64,000 nt of DNA, from IMG/VR virus record IMGVR_UViG_3300027798_000016, positions 32,001-96,000 of that record; one strand, given 5' to 3'. The stretch comes from a virus. The translations under genes were made by a program, and so were the position numbers. Below are positions 38,010-48,511 of the stretch, one piece after another (the stretch's first letter is position 1; each line of letters starts with the position of its first letter). The notes below the pieces were generated by a model that was not told the DNA's origin, did no database searches, and saw nothing but the letters and a program-made list of their open reading frames with translations.

Positions 38010-38357
38010 TTGATGGATAAAAAATTAGAAGATGCATTGGCTTTTGCCAATTATCGATTAACTTTACAGGTTCAACGGCAAAACATCAATGCCCAAATTG
38101 AAGCGGCACTTTTGGTGTCACATCAAAGTGCGATCTTTAAATCTACGCAAGAGCTAATAGCGTTTGTTGGTATCAAGACAATCCGCAATGAGAAAGTTTT
38201 TGTTGAAGACCACAGTGGCAACGTCATAACAATTGATGATGCCAACGAATTTCTAAATGTTCTGATTCAGGCTTATGATTCAGCCATGGAAACAAAACAA
38301 ATTGAACAGAAAAAGCTGAAGTCAGCAAGGTCTACTGCAAAAATTGTAGGACTATAA
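38010..38357 (+). CDS. Hypothetical protein
   Basis: 115-aa ORF tightly packed in the operon. Confidence 0.65.
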   Translation: MMDKKLEDALAFANYRLTLQVQRQNINAQIEAALLVSHQSAIFKSTQELIAFVGIKTIRNEKVFVEDHSGNVITIDDANEFLNVLIQAYDSAMETKQIEQKKLKSARSTAKIVGL

Positions 38358-38359
38358 TC

Positions 38360-39238
38360 ATGAGCACCAAGGGATTCATGATGTTTGCTTACAACAATGA
38401 GCAGTTGGATTATACGCAGTTAGCAATTGTTGCCGCGTATGCTGTTAAAAAATTCATGCCAGAGTATCCAGTGGTACTGGTTACCAATCAGCAAAGCATG
38501 GAGCATTGTAAACAAACACATGGCATTGATATTATGAACGCCGCGTTTGACGACATTATATTAACCAATCCTGAATACGAAAGAAACATGCGTTTGCACC
38601 ATGACGGTGCTTACCACAGCTTCAACGCACAATTTACCAACACCAACAAGCACGACATTTATAATCTAAGTCCATTTGATGAAACTATTTTAATTGACAC
38701 AGATTATATATGTGGCAACAATAATTTGGCCAAGCTGTTTGGTGGTCAGAATGATGTGGCCATGTACAGAGATGCTAGAAATTTAAGAATGGAAGAACCA
38801 TACACCACAGAACGCTGGTTGCACTATGCTGGTATTCGTATGTGGTGGTCAACTGTGGTATACTGGCGCAAGAGTGAAGAAGCAGAACATTTTTTTAGTG
38901 TTTGGTCAGCAGTAAAACAAAATTGGGAATACTATCGCTTCTTATACAAGTTCCCAGGCACATTGTATCGCACAGATTATTCAGCCAGCATTGCGGCTCA
39001 CATGTGTGATGGTTGGTCAGATGGCGGCTTCATTGGACAAATTCCATATTATCTTAGATACCAAGACCAGCGAGATGACATTGTTGAAGTAGTTGATTCA
39101 AACCGCTGGATCATGTTAAGCAATCTACCAGAAGAGTGGAAAAATATGGTGGTTGAAGTGGTTGGCGAAGATCTGCATTTAATGAACAAGAAAAGCATCA
39201 TCCGCAACTACGATAGAATCATGGAAGTGTTGGCATGA
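38360..39238 (+). CDS. GT-A fold glycosyltransferase
   Basis: GFMMFAYN, K..IYNLSPFDETILIDTDY (DxD motif), HLMNK; AGGA Shine-Dalgarno. Confidence 0.7.
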   Translation: MSTKGFMMFAYNNEQLDYTQLAIVAAYAVKKFMPEYPVVLVTNQQSMEHCKQTHGIDIMNAAFDDIILTNPEYERNMRLHHDGAYHSFNAQFTNTNKHDIYNLSPFDETILIDTDYICGNNNLAKLFGGQNDVAMYRDARNLRMEEPYTTERWLHYAGIRMWWSTVVYWRKSEEAEHFFSVWSAVKQNWEYYRFLYKFPGTLYRTDYSASIAAHMCDGWSDGGFIGQIPYYLRYQDQRDDIVEVVDSNRWIMLSNLPEEWKNMVVEVVGEDLHLMNKKSIIRNYDRIMEVLA

Positions 39239-39936
39239 CTGTACATATACTAACACTTCCGGGACGAACAAATCATGCAGACATCACCAAGATAGACACA
39301 AAGTTTGTTGATGCAATGATGCCAATTAACATTGTAGACTTGCCAGATGATGCCTGGGAACAATTAAAAATATTGTCAACTTTAAAATTAGAATCTGGCG
39401 ATATTATTTGTAGGGCTGGATTGTGTCCACGTCAAACCACTTTTGAAATTGCTAAAATTGCCGCAGCCAAGAAGTTAAATTTTATGCCGGGCACAGGCAT
39501 GGATCATCGAGGACAGCCAATACCCCCTGGAAAGATACTGGAAAGGTTGCCCTTAGAAAAAAACGGCAATAACATTTGGACCTACCTATTGATTGTTGGA
39601 GATCCAGAATCTGCTCAATTGAGTTTTGAACTGGCATTACATCTTGACAAGAATGTGTATTGGAGAAATTACGAGCCAGAAGTTCCAACACTTGAACACA
39701 TATTGGGTGTGGTATTTTCAACAGGCTATTGGCAAGCACCAGACTGGTTTAAAATAGTTGACATGAGTGTTAGAAATTTAGAGCTAGCACCAATCATGTA
39801 TGCACATCATATGTGGCATGACTGGATTGCATTTTATCCAGCCAATGGAAATTTTAAACTGGAAAATCACAGTCAAATTTATCCAGTGTGGCTAGCAGAA
39901 AGTGAAAAGCCATTGGAGTACTGGCGCCGTGGATGA
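39235..39936 (+). CDS. Hypothetical protein, possibly a degenerate paralog of the upstream glycosyltransferase
   Basis: Coupled to the GT gene, with similar W/Y-rich C-terminal spacing but no DxD. Confidence 0.4.
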   Translation: MTVHILTLPGRTNHADITKIDTKFVDAMMPINIVDLPDDAWEQLKILSTLKLESGDIICRAGLCPRQTTFEIAKIAAAKKLNFMPGTGMDHRGQPIPPGKILERLPLEKNGNNIWTYLLIVGDPESAQLSFELALHLDKNVYWRNYEPEVPTLEHILGVVFSTGYWQAPDWFKIVDMSVRNLELAPIMYAHHMWHDWIAFYPANGNFKLENHSQIYPVWLAESEKPLEYWRRG

Positions 39937-40903
39937 AATTCAATTTGAACTTCGTCCTAGAAAACGAAAAAGAGAAGAGTTTTGGTCAGTAGAATACGAT
40001 CCTAGTTCTGGACTTATCAATTCTATCAAGCCTGGACAATCAACGGATCCGTCACACATCACCCTATCGTATGCAAGAGTAAAAGATCTATTGTCTGGTT
40101 CTGCAAACCAAAATGATTATAAGATTGCATTCAATGAAACACTTGGAACATTGGACCTAGTAGACATTAAAAAACCCAGCAAGTTTAAAAAGAAACAGAC
40201 TCGACCAGGCTGGCTCAGCACTGGCGAAAATCAATACGATCCTCGAACTCCTTTGCGTGTGTTATTGTTCAATGAAAATGGAATGATCAGAGTAGAAGCC
40301 AGCCGCAGATGGTCCACTGAAGTCAAAGAACGCCTTGACAAAGATACTGCATCCGAACAGATACCCATGTTTCTAACCGACGAAGAAGATCCTCATCAAC
40401 TATTTGGAAAAATTGATATATCTGTTGGAGAAATTGTAGAACGCGGATACTGGGAACAGCGTCTTTGGAGCTTCATGAGTCATGACACAGTGGTCAAGAT
40501 ATTGTATCAAGAACAGCGTATTAGAATTAACATTCCACCAGTTGCAGAAGATCTATCCTTTAATAGAGTGCAAAATTATCATTTGTTTTCTGGCGTCAGC
40601 GATGAACAAACAGTTATCAGTCATATGGGTCGTGGCAAACACATTTCTCTCTTTAAGAAGGGCAATAGCATATGGGCACAAAGTCACTATGAGAAGGGAT
40701 CCAGTATAGATTCCGTGTTTGGAAATTTAAAAGTGGCAATATTAAATAATGATGATCCAGAAAATTTCCATTCTTGGTCAGAACTTCCGGCACTGATGCT
40801 AAGACAGCATCATCCTTTTGAAATTGTTGCAGATTGGCCTTACCAGACCTTGCCGCAAGTGTTATATAAAGCAAGCAATATAGATATCGGAGTACTAAAT
40901 TGA
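39902..40903 (+). CDS. Hypothetical protein
   Basis: 333-aa ORF in the operon; exact start uncertain. Confidence 0.6.
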   Translation: MKSHWSTGAVDEIQFELRPRKRKREEFWSVEYDPSSGLINSIKPGQSTDPSHITLSYARVKDLLSGSANQNDYKIAFNETLGTLDLVDIKKPSKFKKKQTRPGWLSTGENQYDPRTPLRVLLFNENGMIRVEASRRWSTEVKERLDKDTASEQIPMFLTDEEDPHQLFGKIDISVGEIVERGYWEQRLWSFMSHDTVVKILYQEQRIRINIPPVAEDLSFNRVQNYHLFSGVSDEQTVISHMGRGKHISLFKKGNSIWAQSHYEKGSSIDSVFGNLKVAILNNDDPENFHSWSELPALMLRQHHPFEIVADWPYQTLPQVLYKASNIDIGVLN

Positions 40904-41871
40904 AAACCCCTATTAGCGAATTTGATGTAGTGTTCATCAGCTACGATGAACCAAATGCAGATGCAAACTATGCAGACTTATTGGAAAAATGCCCCTGGGC
41001 CAAACGCAGTCACGGCGTGTACGGCAGCGATGCTTGCCACAAGGCAGCGGCCAAGCTGGCAGAAACAGAACGCTTCATTACAATTGATGCTGATAATAAA
41101 GTTCGACCAGATTTCTTTGAACTTGAACTAGATTTAGAAAAATTTGATCGCAGTGATGTGTTATCATGGTCCGGCAAGAACATTGTCAATGGATTGGTAT
41201 ACGGCAATGGCGGCGTAAAACTTTGGCCAGTCAAAGTGGTTGAGCAAATGCGTACACATGAAGCAGTTGATAGTGGCGCAGGTGCTGTGGACTTTTGCTG
41301 GGACATTCACTATCATCAATTAAACAACATCTATTCGGATGTGTTTAACAATGCAACTCCATATCAGGCATATCGTGCTGGATTTAGGGAAGGCGTCAAA
41401 CTGGCATTACACAATGGAAAGCCAATGGACTGGCGCCAAATTGCAGACAAGAACCATTTTAAGAATCATCGCAGGCTACTGGTTTGGATGAGTGTTGGCA
41501 TGGATGTGCAGAATGGATTATGGGCCATGTATGGTGCTCGCCTGGGTTGTTATCTAACTAACTTGCGTAAAGACTGGGACTACAAATTGGTTGCTGACTT
41601 TGAATGGCACAATCAATACTGGGCCGAAGATATTATGCCACAGTTTGTTGGTGACGAAGAAACTTGTCCCAACAGCAAATACTCTTGGAGTCGAACAAAG
41701 CTGTTGGCTGAGACTCGTAAAATTGGTCGTATACTACAACAAGATTTAAGACTTGAAATTGCAGACTTAGATGAAGCAGGCAGTAAGTTTTTTAAAGCCA
41801 GTTATTTCAATCCACATCGACTTGGTCCAACAGTGAAGGAAAGTGATGTTGAACAATTTATTGCGGAGTAA
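40900..41871 (+). CDS. GT-A fold glycosyltransferase-like protein, paralog 1
   Basis: DVVFISYDEPNA, FITIDADN, NGLVYGNGGVKLW and AYRAGFREGVKL. Confidence 0.7.
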   Translation: MKTPISEFDVVFISYDEPNADANYADLLEKCPWAKRSHGVYGSDACHKAAAKLAETERFITIDADNKVRPDFFELELDLEKFDRSDVLSWSGKNIVNGLVYGNGGVKLWPVKVVEQMRTHEAVDSGAGAVDFCWDIHYHQLNNIYSDVFNNATPYQAYRAGFREGVKLALHNGKPMDWRQIADKNHFKNHRRLLVWMSVGMDVQNGLWAMYGARLGCYLTNLRKDWDYKLVADFEWHNQYWAEDIMPQFVGDEETCPNSKYSWSRTKLLAETRKIGRILQQDLRLEIADLDEAGSKFFKASYFNPHRLGPTVKESDVEQFIAE

Positions 41872-41874
41872 GCA

Positions 41875-42747
41875 TTGTTAGATGTTTTCTTTATCTCAAT
41901 GGGCGAACAAGGCAGTGAAGCCAACTGGACACGCCTGTTAGAATTTGCGCCCACAGCAAAGCATATTAGCAATGTCAAGGGCATCTATCAGGTACACGAA
42001 ACATGTGCAAAACAAAGCACCACAGAAAACTTCTGGGTAGTTGATGCAGATGCATGGATTGTAGATGGATTTGATTTTAATTTTATTCCCAGCGCAGACA
42101 CAATGCACTGGGGTATTCCAGAGAACGAATGCGTATTGGTATGGAATTCAAAAAATATAGCAAATGAACTAGAGTATGGCTACGGCGGAGTTAAGTTATT
42201 TCCACGCCAGCCATTCCTAGAAAGCCGTCCCTGGGAACTGGATCTATCAACCACAATTGGTCGTGCAAGTGTCAACATGTCCAGCATCAGTTGCGAAACT
42301 AGATTTAATGTCACGCCAGAATCTGCATGGATAGGTGCCTTTCGGGAATGTGCAAAGCTGTCATCGTTGTCAATGATTAAGAGCAGAGTCAACTCTGCAA
42401 AAAGAAAAGAGCGCAACGAGCTGGAACAGCTATCCATTTATATCACAACTCAAGACTGGCCGGATGAGAAAAAGGCAAACTATCGAAAAGCTCAAGGCAT
42501 GCTGATTAAAGAAAAATATCTTAAAGAAACAGATATTTTTACATACTGGGAAGCAATTGAAAAGTGCAGTGAACGAAGGTTCATATGGTGTACGCATGGT
42601 TGGTTCTCAGAGAACGGAAAGTACATAATTGATGGGGCCAGGAACGGATCCAAATACGGCATGCGTAACAGCGATGACATTGAAAAACTAAATTTAATCA
42701 ATGATTGGTCGTGGCTAAAAAAGGAATTTAAAAATGTCAATGTTTAA
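41875..42747 (+). CDS. GT-A fold glycosyltransferase-like protein, paralog 2
   Basis: DVFFIS, FWVVDADA, LEYGYGGVKLF and AWIGAFRECAKL. Confidence 0.7.
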   Translation: MLDVFFISMGEQGSEANWTRLLEFAPTAKHISNVKGIYQVHETCAKQSTTENFWVVDADAWIVDGFDFNFIPSADTMHWGIPENECVLVWNSKNIANELEYGYGGVKLFPRQPFLESRPWELDLSTTIGRASVNMSSISCETRFNVTPESAWIGAFRECAKLSSLSMIKSRVNSAKRKERNELEQLSIYITTQDWPDEKKANYRKAQGMLIKEKYLKETDIFTYWEAIEKCSERRFIWCTHGWFSENGKYIIDGARNGSKYGMRNSDDIEKLNLINDWSWLKKEFKNVNV

Positions 42748-43702
42748 AGCAGTTAAGAATCCAATTATCTATAAAAAGATGTCAGATGTTCCAATAGTAT
42801 TTTTAAGCTTTGACGAACCCAATGCAGATAAAAATTGGGAACTGCTGAAGTCAATTACTCCACATAAACGAATTGCCAGAGTACATGGTGTGGTTGGATT
42901 TGATGCGGCACACAAGGCCGCTGCCACTGAATTTGCCAGCAGTGAATATATCATCACAGTAGATGCAGATAACGAAGTTGATCCAGCTTTCTTCAATAAA
43001 CAGTTGCCCGAGGGCATGGATGGAAAAGTCAGCTTTACCTGGGGCGGCAGACAATACACGAATGGATTGATGTACGGCAACGGTGGCCTCAAAATGTGGA
43101 GCACAGAACATCTTGCTAACATGAAAAGTCATGAGCTGGCCACTGAAGATCGAGACGCAATAGATTTTTGTTGGGACTTCAATAGATACAAAGAGCTACC
43201 AGGTTGTTATTCTAATGTATACACAAATGCCAGCCCTTATCAAGCATTTCGTGTGGGATTTAGAGAAGGTGTCAAACTCTCTATGGAACAAGGGCAAGTG
43301 CTTGCATTTGAGGCCTGGCCAGAAATGATGCATGCCGCAAACTATCAAAGGCTATTGACATGGATGACATTGGGTGCTGATGTAGAGAATGGTATGTGGA
43401 GTGTGTATGGTGCAAGACTTGCTGTAAAAATGTTACAATACGACAACTTTGATTGTGTCAACATCAGAGACTATGCTTGGTTCAAAGACTTTTTTGCCTT
43501 GCATGCAAATGCAGATCCAATCAAGGCAAGCAAAAGTTTAGGCAAGAATATAAGTGAAGGATTGGATTTTATATTGCCGGACTTTGACGCCGAGCAAAGC
43601 TATTTCCTAAAGATGTTACAGCTACACCCTGCCAAGTCACTGACATATGATGATGTTAAATGGCGAACCAACTTGAATTTGTATGGATGGTTCAATGGAT
43701 AA
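42734..43702 (+). CDS. GT-A fold glycosyltransferase-like protein, paralog 3
   Basis: IVFLSFDEPNA, IITVDADN, NGLMYGNGGLKMW and AFRVGFREGVKL. Confidence 0.7.
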   Translation: MSMFKAVKNPIIYKKMSDVPIVFLSFDEPNADKNWELLKSITPHKRIARVHGVVGFDAAHKAAATEFASSEYIITVDADNEVDPAFFNKQLPEGMDGKVSFTWGGRQYTNGLMYGNGGLKMWSTEHLANMKSHELATEDRDAIDFCWDFNRYKELPGCYSNVYTNASPYQAFRVGFREGVKLSMEQGQVLAFEAWPEMMHAANYQRLLTWMTLGADVENGMWSVYGARLAVKMLQYDNFDCVNIRDYAWFKDFFALHANADPIKASKSLGKNISEGLDFILPDFDAEQSYFLKMLQLHPAKSLTYDDVKWRTNLNLYGWFNG

Positions 43703-44873
43703 GAACACAGAGCTAAGATCTGCATTGCTTTATTTTGTTGATGAAGCAATTGGATTTCGCAAAAGCATACACCATTTTCATCGTTGGCTTGAAACTGAAG
43801 ACGAATACGAGCTTACACAGTTGATTGTTGAAGTTGGAAGAGAGTATGCATTTGATTTATGGCCTTTGTTGAATGCAGTAAGAGAAGGCGATGACCAGCA
43901 AGGATTAATTGCGCTACAAGTGGCAATAGAAACCGGACTGTATGTTCCAACTGATTGGACCGACGATAAGATCATCAAGTTAACACCTTTAAAGGTCAAT
44001 CTAATAGAAACAGACTTGACTGGCATGGCCAATAAATTATGGACACTCAATGAGTGGAACAACTTAAACATTGAAGCATTTGAAACACCTGCCTTGCCTG
44101 TGCTGGCCCTGGCGCATCAATTGATAATTGATGCAAGAGAAGACTTTGACAAATTTTTTCAATTGGTTGAGATGATAATTGGTAAGGATTCACTGCTTTC
44201 CTGTGTAGTAGATACAGATATAAAAAAATTAGGCGTTTGCATTGGAAACGAATACTATTACAATCAACGAGATCATATCAAAAGATTGGCTGTTGCAATT
44301 AACAATGATAGAGAATTGAACTGGAAAGATGCACTGAGTCGAAACCAAGTTAAAAGTAAAATTTGGCTGGTTGAAAAGCTAATAGAAAGAAATCTAATTC
44401 CAAAGAAACGCAAGATGGGCGATGTTGAAACTTCAACATTGGTTGTTGGTGGATGGGTTGGATTGTTACCATTTTTATCTAACATGCTGGGACAAAACTT
44501 AGATTCAGTTATTAACATTGATATTGATACTTCAGTTCATTCAGCCGCACTAGAGTTAAATTCTGGATTTCACAATAATTTTAAAAATTCTGGAACAGAT
44601 GTAAGAGAAGTACAGCTTTCAAAGTACAAAAAGCTGTTGCTAATTGACACCATTGTAGAGCATTTTGAGGATCATGGCGATTGGGTAAAGTCCTTGCCTG
44701 CAGGAACCACTGTGGTGCTACAGGGCAATGACATGTTTGACGTGCCCGATCATGTCAACTGTCACAACAGTTTAGAAGAGTTTGTTGCATCCTCTGGCTT
44801 AAATACTATTCTATGGGCAGGAGAATTAAACCTGTACATGTGCAATAGATATATGGCCATTGGAAAACTATAA
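43683..44873 (+). CDS. Protein with C-terminal class I SAM-dependent methyltransferase domain
   Basis: Q..SKIWL, LVVGGWVG (motif I), NIDID (motif II) and IDTIVEH; true start may be the ATG at 43695. Confidence 0.6.
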   Translation: MDGSMDKNTELRSALLYFVDEAIGFRKSIHHFHRWLETEDEYELTQLIVEVGREYAFDLWPLLNAVREGDDQQGLIALQVAIETGLYVPTDWTDDKIIKLTPLKVNLIETDLTGMANKLWTLNEWNNLNIEAFETPALPVLALAHQLIIDAREDFDKFFQLVEMIIGKDSLLSCVVDTDIKKLGVCIGNEYYYNQRDHIKRLAVAINNDRELNWKDALSRNQVKSKIWLVEKLIERNLIPKKRKMGDVETSTLVVGGWVGLLPFLSNMLGQNLDSVINIDIDTSVHSAALELNSGFHNNFKNSGTDVREVQLSKYKKLLLIDTIVEHFEDHGDWVKSLPAGTTVVLQGNDMFDVPDHVNCHNSLEEFVASSGLNTILWAGELNLYMCNRYMAIGKL

Positions 44874-45373
44874 TGCAACGGATCAGTAAAATACCTGGCG
44901 TAATTGACTTTGAAAGACTAAAAGCAGAAACACAACTGCTGATGTCAGCACATCCAAATGAAAGACAGCTGTCATTGCAAACAAATGGTTCAGCTGATTG
45001 GAATGCTAGCACCGGCTCAAGACCAGGAGAAGGTGAAGGGCAATGGAATTCAATACACCCAGAACTTGCAGGCACTTGGTGGCAGGACTTTTTTAGTTCA
45101 CTTCCAATTCCTGTTTTTAGATCCAGGATTATGATTATGTCACCCAGGGTGTGTTACAGTATACACACTGACGATAATCCTAGATTACACATTGCTGTCA
45201 AAACACATAATCAAGCCAAATTTATTTTTACAAAGCCGCCTGAAATTTTACATATTCCAGCCGACGGCCGCATATATTGGGTCAATACAAAAGAAGAACA
45301 TACTGCAATCAACGGAAGCTTGGAAGATAGGGTGCATATTGTCATGTGCTTGGTAAACAATGATGTAGATTAA
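44873..45373 (+). CDS. Asp/Asn beta-hydroxylase-like Fe(II)/2OG cupin oxygenase
   Basis: YSIHTD (HxD), RLHI and HTAINGS..RVHIV. Confidence 0.75.
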   Translation: MQRISKIPGVIDFERLKAETQLLMSAHPNERQLSLQTNGSADWNASTGSRPGEGEGQWNSIHPELAGTWWQDFFSSLPIPVFRSRIMIMSPRVCYSIHTDDNPRLHIAVKTHNQAKFIFTKPPEILHIPADGRIYWVNTKEEHTAINGSLEDRVHIVMCLVNNDVD

Positions 45374-45388
45374 CGGCTACATATAGAT

Positions 45389-46027
45389 ATGAATCTATCT
45401 ATTTTCCATACCAATGCCAGCGAGTTTGACCAATACGAATCTCTGTACAACGGATTCCTTTCAACCATTGCAGACACTGAATCACCTGCCCTACAAAACA
45501 TGGGCGAGGCCACATCAAGTGGATTTCTATTCTTGGTCAAACACAAAAAAAGATGGACCAAAGACAATGGACAAATTACATTTTTATACGACAAAGATGT
45601 AGAAAGTATTGTTGGTGTAAGCGCAGTCGAAGACTGTCCACTGCATGATCAATTGGGATCTGGTGGCAATCGCTGTTGGGTACTGCCACCATATAGGACT
45701 GATAATTCTGTTTCTAAATACTTGTTGTCTAGTAATTTAGAATGGTGTAAGTCCAGAGGCAAGCTTGGAATGTTACTAACATTCAATGATTACAACAAGT
45801 CAATCTATGATATCATTGTACGATTTTCCCAAGGCAAAGGATCTGCTCTGGGCACAATCTGGAGCGATTGGTGGAGCGATTGCATTCCGCTAGACACCAA
45901 ACTTAGATTGCATAACACACCGCAGTGGGCTGTGATAAAGCCAATGGTTGCTTATGACCAACTTGAACCAATTGCTAACGATCTAATAGATAAGTTTGGC
46001 GTGAGAACTGAACCATTTAATGCATAA
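45389..46027 (+). CDS. GNAT-like acyltransferase-fold protein
   Basis: IVGVSAV...RCWVLPPYRT resembles GNAT motif A; start is TACATA-N5-ATG. Confidence 0.45.
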   Translation: MNLSIFHTNASEFDQYESLYNGFLSTIADTESPALQNMGEATSSGFLFLVKHKKRWTKDNGQITFLYDKDVESIVGVSAVEDCPLHDQLGSGGNRCWVLPPYRTDNSVSKYLLSSNLEWCKSRGKLGMLLTFNDYNKSIYDIIVRFSQGKGSALGTIWSDWWSDCIPLDTKLRLHNTPQWAVIKPMVAYDQLEPIANDLIDKFGVRTEPFNA

Positions 46028-46980
46028 TGAATTCTATTAGAAACACTGAAAATTATCATTTAAGGTATTGGTATAACGACGACCAGTCTAGCAAATGGCG
46101 CACAACTGACCTAGATTCAACTGCAATGAGTGTGGGCGGCTGTACCCGTACTCCAATGGCATTGCGAGCAGAGTTAATTAGAAACGCAAGATGCTTGTAT
46201 AGAGATTTTCCAGACTTGACAATTTTCATGAGTGGTGGCCTAGACAGTGAGATAGCACTTCGCAGTTTTTTAGCCGCTGGTATTCAACCAAAATTGGTAA
46301 CAGTTAAATTTGTTGATGATAACAACAACTATGACATTGGTCCCATGCTTACAATGGTTGAGAGAATGGGACTGACGTGCAACATAATTAATTTTGATCC
46401 TCAAGCATTTTTTGACAGTGGCGAATGTTATGACATTGCCAATCGTTATCAAAGTTACAGTTTCTATCAACAAATTTTATTGAAAGTAGCTGAACAATTT
46501 GCCGCACCAATGATAACCATTGACGAAGTAGAATTAGAAAAAATGCCTCAGATTAATTGGGAAACAGGCGAACATAAATTTGAATGGTGCTTCTTAAAGA
46601 AAGAAGATCAAGACGGCGTGTGGCGCAGATTTGTTGACAAAACTGGAATACCGGCATTGAATAATTTTTATACTTATAGCCCAGAATCCATGTTGGCATT
46701 TTTGCAAGAAGAAACAGTTGCAAAGTTAATCAGAGACCAAATTCCAGGCAAGCTTGGCTGGACATCTAGCAAGATGAAAATTTATTCTAGCCTTGGCTAT
46801 CAATTTAGACCAAGACCAAAATGGCACGGTATGGAAAACTATTACCATTTGTGGGATGCTGTACTTTATAATATATCTTATAATGGACCACCATACGAAC
46901 CTAGACATTATAAAGTTCCTGCTCTTGAGCTAGAACAAAATTTAATAAACGGAATACAAACAATATGTCAAGTCGCCTAG
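46027..46980 (+). CDS. Asparagine-synthetase-like PP-loop ATP pyrophosphatase
   Basis: TIFMSGGLDSE PP-loop; C-terminal K..IY..LG...RPKWHGME. Confidence 0.65.
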   Translation: MNSIRNTENYHLRYWYNDDQSSKWRTTDLDSTAMSVGGCTRTPMALRAELIRNARCLYRDFPDLTIFMSGGLDSEIALRSFLAAGIQPKLVTVKFVDDNNNYDIGPMLTMVERMGLTCNIINFDPQAFFDSGECYDIANRYQSYSFYQQILLKVAEQFAAPMITIDEVELEKMPQINWETGEHKFEWCFLKKEDQDGVWRRFVDKTGIPALNNFYTYSPESMLAFLQEETVAKLIRDQIPGKLGWTSSKMKIYSSLGYQFRPRPKWHGMENYYHLWDAVLYNISYNGPPYEPRHYKVPALELEQNLINGIQTICQVA

Positions 46981-47603
46981 TACCATTGACCTCAGAGCAT
47001 CTAGAGCAATTGGTAACATTTGCCCTAGACATCTACGAAAATACAGATCCGGACAAGTATCCGGACTTTAAAATTTCAAATGACATAAATGACGAAATCA
47101 AGTTTCGTAAATTCTTTATGACATTTTTACGCCCCAGTAGTTTTGTGAATTCTAATATACGACAAGTATATGCGCTAGAGGATGAAAACGGACAGTGGAT
47201 TGCCGCTATTGGTGTGAAGCGCCATAATGTAATGCCAAGCTGGTCTGTGAGTTGGCTACTAAGTCCACGGGTTGGAGTAAGGTTTATTCCAACATTTAGA
47301 GAAATTATGGATCAGCTCTGCACCATACATGAAAATGCTGGCCAAAATGAATTTTTTGTTACATATCCAGCAAGTCGTTGCGAAGCTTATAGTAAGATCA
47401 TGCTTCCTTTTAGAGAACGATACTATACATTTGTAGAATGTATGGTTCCTGCTAAATCAAGAAGTCAATATGCATTCATACACGAACTAATGGGCAGTAC
47501 AGTACATCCGCACGACATGCACTTGAGAAGATATATACTTCGTAGACCAAATACCGAAGCACCGAGCGAAGGCGGTAAAGCAATTAGAAGAGAAAAAGCA
47601 TAA
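46965..47603 (+). CDS. GNAT-like hypothetical protein
   Basis: RLVPLTSEHLEQL N-terminus and VYALEDENGQWIAAIG beta-hairpin typical of GNAT folds; weak match. Confidence 0.4.
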   Translation: MSSRLVPLTSEHLEQLVTFALDIYENTDPDKYPDFKISNDINDEIKFRKFFMTFLRPSSFVNSNIRQVYALEDENGQWIAAIGVKRHNVMPSWSVSWLLSPRVGVRFIPTFREIMDQLCTIHENAGQNEFFVTYPASRCEAYSKIMLPFRERYYTFVECMVPAKSRSQYAFIHELMGSTVHPHDMHLRRYILRRPNTEAPSEGGKAIRREKA

Positions 47604-48497
47604 ATGAGAAGAGTATTAAATTGGGTTGATAACCAGGCCTCTTTATATAACAAGACCGGCCAAATTCCTTATATTATAGCAATATGGCTTCCTTACCATC
47701 TTGCGGCAATCATTGCAATCATATATGCTGTAACAACCGCATGGTCGTGGTGGTTGCCTGTCACAGCCATTTGCGGCTGGATACTGCTAGATGGCGTCGG
47801 CAACAACCTAACCTTGCATCGTTTTTTAAGCCATAAAAGTTGGACACCATACAAGTGGGCTGAACCATTTTTATTATGGGCCGCCACCATGGTAGGCGAA
47901 GGCAGTCCGCTATGGTGGGCCGCACTACATCGCGGACATCATCATCGTGTTAGTGATCAACCAGGTAAAGACATTCATACTCCAGTGGAAAACGGATGGT
48001 GGCACAGTTATATGGGCTGGCAATTTGGCATTACACAAAATAGTGTCAGCTTTAGACATGCAGTTGATTTGCTCAGAGATAAACGAATTACATTCATTCA
48101 TGAAAATTATAACAAAATTATCTATATCACACTATTGTTAAGTTGGTTGTTGTTTGGACTTACTTTTACCGTTTGGTTTTTTGTAATAGGTAGCTTGATG
48201 AGTTTGCATGCCGACGGCATGGTCAACACATTTGGCCATGTGCCTGCCGCAGGCTATCAGAATTTCAGTAATAAAGATGCCAGTACCAATGTATGGTGGA
48301 TTGGCTACTTTCATTGGGGAAGCGGTTGGCACAACAACCATCACAAGAAAGCAAGTAGTTTTGATTTTGGTACCAGTGTCAGCGGACGCCGGCACGAGTT
48401 TGATCCTTGCATGTTATTAGTATTGCCGTTTGCTCCACCAAGTGAAGTAAAAAGATTGTGGTCTATTAGAAAAGATGCTATAATTAATAAACCATAA
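47604..48497 (+). CDS. Membrane fatty acid (delta-9 acyl-CoA type) desaturase
   Basis: His boxes HRFLSH, HRGHHH, NTFGH and GWHNNHH; DIHTP; transmembrane segments. Confidence 0.92.
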   Translation: MRRVLNWVDNQASLYNKTGQIPYIIAIWLPYHLAAIIAIIYAVTTAWSWWLPVTAICGWILLDGVGNNLTLHRFLSHKSWTPYKWAEPFLLWAATMVGEGSPLWWAALHRGHHHRVSDQPGKDIHTPVENGWWHSYMGWQFGITQNSVSFRHAVDLLRDKRITFIHENYNKIIYITLLLSWLLFGLTFTVWFFVIGSLMSLHADGMVNTFGHVPAAGYQNFSNKDASTNVWWIGYFHWGSGWHNNHHKKASSFDFGTSVSGRRHEFDPCMLLVLPFAPPSEVKRLWSIRKDAIINKP

Positions 48498-48511
48498 TTA
48501 AAGGAATTACA

